A stretch of DNA of 63,862 nt, the filler included, from Folioceros fuciformis (taxonomy: Eukaryota), in the NCBI GenBank assembly GCA_049999805.1. It is 8 parts of 8 records of this genome, joined end to end, with 100 filler letters (N's around TTAATTAATTAA, not from the genome) between each part and the next. Parts side by side here need not be neighbours in the genome. Positions count along the whole stretch, not along the records: positions 24,806 to 27,722 come from JBNGIO010003243.1; positions 27,823 to 31,457 come from JBNGIO010003244.1; positions 31,558 to 45,547 come from JBNGIO010003246.1; 5 more parts are not named here. One strand, 5' to 3'. The position numbers were made by a program, and so were the translations under genes. The notes below the pieces were generated by a model. That model saw nothing but the letters and a program-made list of their open reading frames with translations. It was not told where the DNA came from and ran no database searches. Every line of letters begins with the position of its first letter. Position 1 is the first letter of the stretch. Of the stretch, positions 26,216 to 36,576 are shown one piece after another.

Positions 26216-26767
26216 GTGGTAGGTAGGTGTTTGGTCACAACATTTTGGGAGCAGTAGGTAGTTTTTGACAATAATGTTTGAAGGGACTAGTACATGTTGC
26301 ACAATGGCCACGTAGCTACATGCTGGCTAGTCTAACCCATAGGAATACTCAATTGTAGCAAGCAAAAATCAGTCTTCAGCCGTCGGCTAGAAAAACTACA
26401 AAGTTTCTTGGCCTATGGCCAAGGAACAAGGCAAAGGAAGGAATTAGTAGCCTCCAAGCTGCGAACAGGTGAAATCAAGTTGGTTGCCTAAAGCCCCCAC
26501 TTGACAATGTGGTTCAAAAAGGTCACAAGAGAGAAACAAGATAAGCTGCAGAGACGAAGTATGGCTGCCTTTCTATTCAAACAAACATCTACTATCCAAG
26601 AATCCATGGTCAGGTAGCCACACATATAGGCCAAACCCCTAGGAACTTTCGATGAAACGCCTCCTCGTACCCAATGGTAGGCATTTTAGGTCTATTTATA
26701 ATCTTACTTCTCCTTGGCTTTAACGAAAGTGGACGCCCTAACTAGCCTGTTTCCCGGCGTCAAGTAG

Positions 26768-27722
26768 TGTTTAGGTCATAACGTGAATATATATATATAA
26801 ACGAATGGTACTCTATCGAACCGATAACCGTCAACCGGCGTACCGATTCACGAGACACAGCCTTATAGGCCTCACACACACATACACATGTATCTTTAAT
26901 CTAAGCTTCTTCCTCTACACTGTGTGCTACCGATCCTACGCTATGGTATCAGAGCCACGCTATGGACTCTGCCAAGCCTCCATCGCGTGTGTGTAAAATC
27001 TGCAAGTCCGAGTGCTGCATCAAAAATCTGGCTCACGAGCACTTTAGAGCTGTGATAGCATCACTCAGGATCTCACTCACCCGATTTGGAAGTTTGGCAG
27101 GCGCATTCTTGGCGGACGCCGTCAATCACTACTACTCGTAGTGCAAATGCGCTCTCTGCTAAGAATTCGAATTAGTCCTGATGGATCCCCACACTCAATT
27201 GAGTAGGCTGCAGTTTCTTGCACGTATCACGCGTCCTGATCTGTCTTTTGCTCTGCACAGAGCAATTCAACACAATCAGTTAAATGCGTCACCTACCCAG
27301 AGTGCAATTAATCCACAGGGGTCCAAGTCTGTAGTCACGGCAGAAAAGAAGTTAGATCAGTAGCACCAGGTCATCTGTGCATATATCCCAGTGTCCTTGC
27401 ACACACTTGGATACAGGTGTAGATACCCTGGAGCCACTGCATACACAGCAGGTGATCCTTGATCGGTTTGCCGAGGAACGCCATCACACGCACGCAACAT
27501 TGTGGGACTTCAGGCGAATGCGTGAAGTTCAAGTGGAGCACCTTCGCAGCAAGATTGATGGTATTAACTACAGATGTAAACATCTGTCAAAGGACCTGAA
27601 CACACTCTTCACACAGGTCGCGCACCTGGACAGAGTATCGAAGCCACAAGATACAAAGGCAGTACCTGCTGAACTAGAAAGATCCACCTTCATCAATCTT
27701 CAGCAAATCTTGCCAAACTTCT
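26768..27722 (+). mobile_element. 5' part of a copia-type element: ~176-bp LTR (26768-26943), PBS 26944-26955, atypical leader
   Basis: Exact TGGTATCAGAGC at 26944; upstream segment TG...TA with a TATATA tract. The LTR start is approximate. Confidence 0.75.
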
Positions 27723-27822
27723 NNNNNNNNNNNNNNNNNNNNNNNNNNNNNNNNNNNNNNNNNNNNTTAATTAATTAANNNNNNNNNNNNNNNNNNNNNN
27801 NNNNNNNNNNNNNNNNNNNNNN
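27723..27822. other. Artificial contig spacer
   Basis: 44 N + TTAATTAATTAA + 44 N. Confidence 0.99.
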
Positions 27823-28435
27823 TTCACTTCCGGCTTCCACTCCTTCTGGCGTCCTTTCACATTCGCCCTTACTCATTACTCGGTCACTCGCTTCTCCCCT
27901 TTCTCGCACACGCGCACCCTCGCGCTTCCTCTTTCTCCAGTTCTGTCGTCTTCTTTCTCAGCAATGCCCCTCCTGGGCTCCTATGAACGTTGAGGAATGG
28001 TGAGGTACCGGAGCTAAGGGAAGAGGAATCCCTTCCACTCCGAACTCGTGGATTCGGCTCCGTCACCCACACCAACCACGTGACCGCTTCGAGGATAGCA
28101 GGGGAGCTTCTCTCCCACTTGGCGAGGCGCCTCCTCCTGATTCGTCCCCGGACCTGATCACGGAGCGCCTACCACCTACACCCGCACCCCAGGTTGCTAC
28201 GTGCGCTCGCTTGCCTGGACCTCCCGTCCAGCAACGGCCATCGCTAGGTCCCTGCAGGGTCGACTGTCCGGCTGGTTCTTGCTCATTTCTTAGGCCTTCA
28301 AACTGGCCTCTTGTACACGGTGATGTCGGTTTTTCCGCCATAAAGTCTGTCAGGCAGGGGAGGTGTGCTCTTAGATTCTGAGCGACTTGGGTCCAAAAAA
28401 AGCACACTAAAAAAACCTAATCTAGCCTGCATTTA

Positions 28436-31059
28436 CTATCGCCCTGTCCCACGCCGCTGGCGGCTTCCTCCTGGCCTTCGCACGTCACCCCTCGCTGCTC
28501 CTCCTCTCCCTCTTCTGCCTCTCCGTTGGTCCGGCAGATCCTCCCAGAGGATCTCCACATCACTGCTACTACTGCTGGGCCTGGTTGGCGGCGTAGGTGG
28601 TTCCCGCCGCTGTGGTCCACCACCCCTCCTCCTTCTCTGGTTGCTGAGGACAGCCACAGGCCCTCGTTCTACCCAGGGCTAGGCCTCCTCTTCCGTCAGT
28701 TGCTCTAGAATTGCCTCCGCATAGCAGTGGGGCAGCCTTGTCACCTACCATATGTAGTGGTAGAGTCCCACGCGCGTCCTCAGTTGTAGGACGTAGCCCC
28801 GCGTCCCTCCTGTGCCCATACGTACACACAGAAACAGCTTCAGAACTCTGGCCCCTTCTACATACAGGCCTGGCACATAGGAGGCCTCCTCCTCATATTG
28901 CAGCACAATCCGACCTTCTGTCATAACAGAGGTGCTTATCCGTCCTCCCTTGGGCTACCTCGGGTTGCCTGCTCCCCCTCCTGCTGGGGTACCTGAAGGT
29001 TCTCTGCCTGCCCAGCTGTTGCCTCCTCCGGCTCTGTTCTCCTGGTACGGGTCACCCTCCTAGAGCGCCTAGGGGCAGGCGCCCCTACTGCTGCCTCCTT
29101 CTTCTCCAGGGTTGGTTCTTCAGCTATCTTGGGCCTCGTTGGGCCACCGGTAGCCCCGTCGGCTACCCGACTATTGGTAGTCCCGTGGACTACCGGAATA
29201 CCGGTAGCCTCCTCGACTACCGTTCCCCTGGTTCGGCTACCGGTAGTCTCGTGGACTACCGGACTACCGGTAGCCTCCTTGACTACCGTTCCCCTGGTTC
29301 GGCTACCGGTAGCCCCTTCTGCTACTAGGGTCGTCGACTGACTCGGGCGCCCAGCCTTGCTCTTCCCCTTCACTCTCTCTCTGGCCTCATCCCGCTCTCG
29401 CTTGTATTTGTCAGCTAACTTCTGGGCCTGCTCCACAGCGGCTATCTCCATCTCCTGTGCCTTAGCCATTTCCTGTTGCAACTCCAGGTTAGCCTCGTGA
29501 GCCTCCCTCACTTGAGTAGCAGGGCCCCCTGTTGTTCCTTCAGCGCCTGCACTTCAGCCCTCGCCTCGCGCCTCTTCCTCGGCTTGAGCCTTCTCCCTGT
29601 CCAGGACCCGCTGCTTCTCCTCCAGGAGTTGCCGCGCTGTCTCCGACTCCGCCAGTTGCCTCCTTACTTCAACCTCTCGCTCACGAGCCTCCTCCTCCTC
29701 CTTTCCTCGAGTCTCGATTTCTCGATTCGCTTGTACACTTAACCAGGTCAGGGCCCTAGCAGCCTGATCCAAGAGGTCTGCTTGGGCTTGCACCATCGCA
29801 GCAGTCAGCCCGGGCAGGTCCACCTCCTGCACCCCTCCGGTGCCCATTCCTCTCGCCGTGATTTGTCTGCCCAAGAATTCTCGCAACTTGTCTAGGTCCC
29901 CCACCTGCAACCTGTCTCTCTAAGGCCTGCACCTGAAAATGTCCTCCCACCCTGAGAAACCCTCCTATGCTGAAACGCGCCCTAACTTATCCTCCTATCT
30001 GGAGGAAACTGTGTCCGCTGCCATCACCTAATCCTGTGGCCCCTCGGGTCTTGTCTCACCCTGACCTTGCTCCTCCAACCTTCGGTCCTCAATTCCCTGG
30101 ACATCTGGTTCTCGTCCTCCCTCCCGCTGGCCCTTCTGCTCCAGGGTTGCCCCCTCTTCCTCCTGATCAGCCCCCATGCTCACACTTTGTCCTCTGGCCC
30201 TTTTCCTCTTGACAAGAGTCTTCTTCTGTAGCACCATCCTCTTCCTGGGCTTGACTGGGGTTTCCTCCTACGAGCTATTCCCACTGTCAGCTTCCCAACT
30301 GCTGGAGGCAGCCCTTGCTGGCTCAGCGGGCTTCCACTTCACATCGCGAACTGGCTTCCACAGGTGCAGCGAGGCCAGCATTCCTAACTCAGTGACTAGG
30401 TTAGCGTAACTGTACACATGGATTAGGAACGGCGAAATCATAGAAGGTTCAGGATTGGGTCGGATCAGGTTTTGCCTCTCCTCATCCATCCGGACATATA
30501 AAATCCGCCCCCAGTCAATCCTGGTGCCCTTCACTACTTCATGCACAAACAGGAGCATCTGGTCCGACAGATAATCCTGTTTACGCACCCGGAAGAAGCT
30601 CAGGAACCACCTGGCTAATACCAACAACTGGGGACTTGCCATGTCGCGCACTAGCCACCCGTTCGCTTCCTTTTTCGTGCCTGCCTTGAGCAGCGTTTCC
30701 GCGGCTCTCGTCCCGCCATGCTTCTTCAGGGACTCCAGCACCAGTCCCCCTTCCCCCTGTTGGTCGCGCCCATAGACCTTCCTAATCAACTCTAGGTTCC
30801 ATTCCTGGGGTCTGCCTCTGATCCCCTCCTCGCGTACAGGCTCTATCAGCCTCAGGGCGCACTCCCTGACTAGCTGGGGTGCTGCATGGTTCCACTTCTG
30901 GGTCATAAAGCTCAGACCCCGCTCTGCCACCAACTTCCCTGCCCTGACCCTCTAGTGCTCCATATTGGGCCACAGGAGTAGGTCAATTCGGGGGACAGGA
31001 GGCCCCCCCTCCTGTCCAGAGGCTGCTGCTCCAAGGATCAGTTCAGGCCGCGCCCTCAT
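28436..31059 (-). pseudogene. ~870-codon element ORF: plant transposon protein (Transposase_32/Athila extra-ORF-like) domain + coiled coil + conserved C-terminal domain
   Basis: ORFs 30268-30933, 30028-30237, 29554-29910 and 28936-29511 lie in one frame starting at ATG 31059, separated by stops (mostly TAG). Motifs PQLVREC, IRG, LARWFL, GTRIDWGRIL, SPFLIHVY. Frameshift near 28936. A 66-bp duplication lies near 29180-29315. Confidence 0.7.
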
Positions 31060-31201
31060 CCTACTTGTCCTCCTCCTCTCACACCCTGCGCCGTCTCTCC
31101 CGTCGTCCTGGCGCTTTCTCCTCTTTCAGCCGCTTCACGCTTCAAGTTACTCCCGCTCCCCGGACTTTTGGATGCTGGACAGAGCTCCCCTTTCTCTAGG
31201 G

Positions 31202-31209
31202 TTTTTATA
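31202..31209 (-). promoter_or_regulatory. Putative TATA box of the element ORF
   Basis: TATAAAAA ~140 bp upstream of ATG 31059, followed by a GA-rich tract; TATATAA at the equivalent place in the 52633 copy. Confidence 0.5.
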
Positions 31210-31457
31210 CCCTGCCTGCTTTCTCCCCTTACGCCCGTCGGGCTACCTCCAGTCGTTCCTCCGGTAACGGTTGCCCTGCCGGCTACCGTTGCCCCGTCAC
31301 CTTCGGCCCTTACTTTTGCCTACCTTAATGTTCTCAATGACCCGAGGGCAAGGAGGCACTTGCTGCTTCCCCCTCCTTGTCTCGATCTCCCGTACTCCCC
31401 AAACCCCGAAGCCCAAGGTGGACTTTGGGTGTAAACACCCCGGTCTTACTCGCTTAC

Positions 31458-31557
31458 NNNNNNNNNNNNNNNNNNNNNNNNNNNNNNNNNNNNNNNNNNN
31501 NTTAATTAATTAANNNNNNNNNNNNNNNNNNNNNNNNNNNNNNNNNNNNNNNNNNNN
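31458..31557. other. Artificial contig spacer
   Basis: 44 N + TTAATTAATTAA + 44 N. Confidence 0.99.
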
Positions 31558-34500
31558 CCTGCAGCGATCACCGCTGAACTGAGAGAGCTCTGGGAGGGTT
31601 GGATCGGGGGGTTTGGGTTTGCTGTATCGTGCATTTCGTGTCACCTTCAGCGATCACCCCTGAACTGAGAGATGCCCGTGAAAAAGTGAAATCGCGAATG
31701 ATATGAAATGAACAGTCGGGTGAAATAGAGGCGTCAAGGTTTCGGAGCTGTTTTTTCTTGGACCATGTAGGATGTCCGTTGTGGGATTTTCCTTTGAACA
31801 ACAATCTATTCGTCTCATGCGCCACAGCGGCCATGTGTGGTGTGTTAAGAAAGAATTCTGACACCTCTCCTCTGTCCTCTGTGGTATGCCATATGTTCCT
31901 CGGTTCCCTGTTGCCCATCTCTTTCCTTCTCGATGTCTTCATCTCAGTTGATAGAAAACCCTTAGGAGGATACTCCTGTAGACCTGTAGTAAAAAAGCCG
32001 AAGACCGCTGTTTGGTGGTGTGGTGGAGATCGAAATACTGTAGTAAATCAAGCGCATCAGTTCCAGACACGGCGTCGGATGACATGTCTTCTGACGTTAC
32101 GGAACACGGCCTCTCCCATGCCTGCGACTCCCTTATTTGGAATGCTTGGCATGTTGCTTTGCTATCACTACAGGGTGACACTGTACGGAACCGCCGTGCT
32201 GTCACGTACGAGAGGTGATGGTGAGGGATAGGTGAGGGGCTGGCGGGTGAGGTGACTGTTGCTTGTCGGCTGTGTTGGAAGGGTGGGGATTATTCCTGTA
32301 GCGGATTTTTTGTTTGCCACCTTGTCAGTAGCAAAGGATAGCATTTGGATTAAGGATGCCGCAACTGGTGGCAATTTTTGCAAAGCAAAATGAGCAAGAA
32401 GGCAGACGGGAGGTCAGAGCCGGTGTGGTTCTCGTCTTCGAGAGAGTAGAGATCGTTGAACCAGATTAGAATGCTTTGATGCTGCCTCAGGTTTTGCTAG
32501 GATGAGACTCTCAATTTGGGGTCAGGGTTTGTGTCTGCTGCGTTGACTGTAATGTCCCAGGCTCCCGGGGAGGAGTGTTGTTCCAATTTTATTTCCGGGT
32601 GCTGCGGAGCTTGGAGAATGCTGCTCTGATTGTTTACAACTTTCTCAGTTGAAGAGTGTGAGTACTAGCTGTGGTTGAGGTGGGAGCAGCACTTGCGGAT
32701 GACATCAAATGTGCCTCAACAATCTCTGCAGAGTGGTGTTTCCCGTCATCTTTTATATCTTGGCAACAACAGTCCTCAGTGACAGTACTGCCTACACAGG
32801 AGGTGGCAGCAGCAAGTGCAGAAGAAAGCAGGAATATGAAGAGCTTGGTGGCGATTTTCATACGTCGTACATCAGATTTGACGAAGACTCTCATGGTGTT
32901 TAATGGTCAGTCCCGAGCCTGGAGAAATTGAACGAGTTTTGTCGAATATCACTTGGCTCCAAGTGGTAGAGCCAAACGTTGAATACTAGGAAGATTACGA
33001 AATGGACTAAGAAGATGACCGTTAGGAGAGTTGACCTTATTGTCGAGGGGCTTGTCTCTGCTGATAAAATGCTTTTCGTGATGATGGATGGTGGGCATGG
33101 GGGACTTACCTGCTTGAGTCGCATGCATCTCAGATCTTCCATCGTGTGTGGACTTCTTCGTCACATGGTGAGTCATCAGTTGAGGAGGCAGCCATATGAA
33201 GCAGAGACATGACAAGGATTCCGTGTCTGGCCCATGGCCAAACCACAGAGACTCCTCCTCCAGACGAATCTGGGGTCACGAGGGAGGGAGGAAGAAATGC
33301 TTGTCCATGTGGAGGTACAACTGACTGTCTACCCTTTCCATGGATTACTTAGCTTTCGTCGCTATATCAAGCCTCTTTGTTGTCGACGCATTTCAGAAGT
33401 AGTTTGTTGTCAACACATTTCAGATGTAGTCTGTTGTCCAGGTGTCATCTTAATCCACCCTGCTCTGATGGTTGAAGTTGTCATCATACTCAGTCCTCCC
33501 AACGTCCTCAACTCTTGCCCTCACTCCTCTATACCAACTGAAACACGATGGTCCTGGTGTGAAGCAGCCAAAGAAACGCACGGGCAGATGAAGCTGGTGG
33601 AAACCTTGCAAAATGACACTAAGGCTCTGCCGGATCTAGCAGATGTACTTGCCTCTCTCCCCTGGCCTCCATGCTTGAGCAAAGTAGTTTTCCTTTAGGC
33701 TCAGCACCAAGCAGGGTGACGCATTGTCTGCAGTTATCATCTGTGACCCTCTAATGGCAGAAACTGTTGTAACAAGGGGCGTTGGCTTCCACGACGTGTA
33801 GCAGGAAGCACAGGTGAAGCGTCCACCCCCCGATTGACAGGCCCCCATCGATTACCATGCAAAAAAACGATGTGTGTCAGGTTCCATATTTACTGTACCC
33901 AGTAGGGCATGGAGGCAGCACACTTGGGCAGACGTAGCGGCAGTCAAGGACTGCAAAATCTTTTTGTTAACGGGCTGCAGGCATTTTCATTTATGATGTT
34001 GTAACGTGCCTCAAGTCTGCAGCTACGCTGCGCTGCGGCCCAGCCCAGCTTTTGACACGCCTTGCCTTCGTGTGCAGCTGGAAAGATGGAAAGAAGGCTC
34101 CGTGCGTTTGGTGCAGGGATGGCAGGAGTGTGTAGGGCAACTGGATAGTACTGATGAGGAACGACCTCCGCCGCTTGTGACTTGTGATGCGGAGCAAAGC
34201 CGTGGTTGGAACCAGTCCAAGACCAGTGGGCTGCAAGTGTTTCTTTCGCGTGCATGTGTTTCGTACTGCGCAAGTCCAGATCACCCGGGGAGGAGAGATT
34301 TATAAACCTACATACACAACTCGACGACGAGTTGTCAGATGTGGGGACGATGTCTCGGCCGATTGCGCTGTGGGGTTTGACTGCCCGCACTAACGGCTCT
34401 CTCGCTGTAACAACGTCAGTGGTAACGTTGAATATGCAGTGCGTACTGTTAACAGTCACTGATGAGAGAAGCTGCTAGGCGGCCCGCAAAACCAGCTGCA

Positions 34501-35061
34501 CAGGTCTCGTGTCCAACTCCCAGCACACTTTTCCTTGCTAAGTCTAGCCGGCTGCCGGAGATTGAGCAGCATTGCTTGCCAGCCTTTCATCGGTCTACGT
34601 TTATTTGAATTGGCGGCTTTCGTGCTCTGCGGATGCTCTTCCCCGTCCCGTCGCGGCCCCACGCAATTCGAGCTCGAAGGGCTTCCCTTTGAGCGGCGGG
34701 GTGTGCAGGGCGCCGTGATTAAATCTCTTTGTGGGCTGTGAATTGCAGGCCAGTTTTGTGCTTGAATTTGGGTGTGGCTCATTCTGGAATGGTGAGTTGC
34801 TGAGGTCGGGTCGGGACCAGGAGCCGGAGCTGGTGCCGGTGTTGGCTGGAGGTGTGAAGTGTGTGTGACCTGGATGGCCTGGAGCTGCTGTTGCGGAGCT
34901 GTGGGAATATTGGGCAGGGCCCATGTGTGCGTGAGGCAGGCGAGCAGGGAAGGTAGCTGGTGCGCTTTGGGATCAGGACGGAGTTTAGGCTACAGTAGCA
35001 ATGTGCCCCCGGGGCAGGTGAGAGGGAGCTCGAAAATTAGTTTGGGGTTGTGGGTTTTGTG

Positions 35062-36252
35062 ATGCGGTCTCTTTTCTTCTCGCAATTCTTCAGGTCCAAG
35101 TCGGAGATGGTGCGCCATGAAGGAGGGGCTTTTGACGAGACGAAGGACTCTTTTGAGGAAGGGAGGGCCGGAGAGATGGACCTGGTGCACAGGCTTGGGC
35201 ACTCGCTTGCTGAGAATGGGGTGGGTGAGCAGGGCGCCACTAGGGGCAGAGAAGGGGAAGCTGGTGGTGATGACGAGAGGGATGGCAGTAATGGGATTGG
35301 AGGCGGGAATCCGCAGTCGACGGCCGTTGCCGGGGTTTTGAATAAGAGCAAGGGGAAAGGAGTAGAGGAGGGCTACCATTCTGATGCTGATTCTGGTGGA
35401 CAGGTGAATGAACAGGTCCACGTTCAGTTTAGTGGGATCAATAGCAATTACTTCCCGAGCAGGCAGGGCGAGCTGGAGAAAGGGAAGAAGGTTGTGGAGA
35501 TAGAGGAGGATGAAAGAGATATGGAGTCTTCAGGAAGCAAGGCTCTCATGGCTGTCGTTGCGAGCAAGAGTGATTTGTCAGTGGTCTCCGGTTCAATGTT
35601 GAGCCAGTTCTTAGAGAAGTTGTCTCCAAGAACCTCCAGAAGTCAGTCCATGCGTTTTGCTCCGCATGCTTCGCAGGGACAGAATGAGAAGTTCACCAAC
35701 CCTGAGAAGATTCCACCCTTGGATATCTGCACGAAGGAGTTCCAGGAAATCTATCCCAAGTATTCGGAAACCACTGACATTGACAAGCTAAGGAAAGAAC
35801 ACTATGCCCATTTGCAAGATTCTGGTCACGTTTGTCTTGACTATTGCGGGTACGGGTTGTTTTCGCATTTCCAGCAAGTGCAAAATAAATCCCTGTCATC
35901 CTTCGGGCTGGCCTACATCTCAGCAAATTTGGCAACCCATGCTCTGTATGGGGCTGCAGATGCCCAAAGTGCGGAGGGATGTATCAGAAAGCGAATCATG
36001 CAGTATCTGAACATTTCCGAGGCAGAGTACAGCATGGTGTTCACGGCAAGCAGGGGATCGGCCTTCAAGTTGTTGGCAGAGTCCTACCCTTTTCATGTTA
36101 GTGGCAGGTTGTTGACAGTCTATGATCATGACAGCGAAAGTGTAAAGTGGATGGTAGAGAGCGCTAGGCAGAGGGGGGCCAAAGTTATGAGCGCTCTGTT
36201 CAAGTGGCCGTCCTTGCGTGTATGTGCTGTCACCCTCAAGAAGCAGATCAAG
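35062..36252 (+). CDS. PLP-dependent transferase (aminotransferase class V fold), molybdenum cofactor sulfurase-like plant family, exon 1
   Basis: VCLDYCGYGLFS, YSMVFTASRGSAFKLLAESYPF, LLTVYDHDSESV; GT donor at 36253, phase 0. The start ATG 35062 is the first in frame; upstream exons are not excluded. Confidence 0.9.
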
Positions 36253-36576
36253 GTAATCAGAGGGCATGCAACAAAGCATGGGTCAAGTTAGAACCGAGCA
36301 ACAGGGGACTGCTCTGTGCTTTGTCTGATGTGGGTTTAACATGACTCACATCTTGTATTGTTTTGTGTCCAGGGTAGGTGGCGAAATGTTCCACACAAAC
36401 GGAGAGGTCCGGAGAGGTGGAACAAGCTTTTTCTCTCCCTATTCAGAAGATTGACTGGCATCAGGAAGGGCAAAGAGGCCCAACCTCAGGTATGTGCTCG
36501 CTAGTGTTTGCTGCTCACTGCAGATGGTTGATTCATTGATCTATTTGTTGCTTGCTGATCAGATCATGTCTTGCAG

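Larger units (their letters stand above)
27823..31457 (-). mobile_element. TGTGGAG/CTCCACA-family element, internal part (whole contig)
   Basis: Homologous to 13273-20300 in both ORF and downstream non-coding DNA, and to 52633-53890. Confidence 0.8.

Noticed and set aside
27377-27778. ORFs ending in X-runs and LIN/N
   Set aside because: Their ends come from the artificial spacer, not from genomic sequence.
32870-32965. XPG/FEN1-like motif (WSVPSLEKLNEFC)
   Set aside because: Too short, flanked by stops and unsupported by any other nuclease motif.
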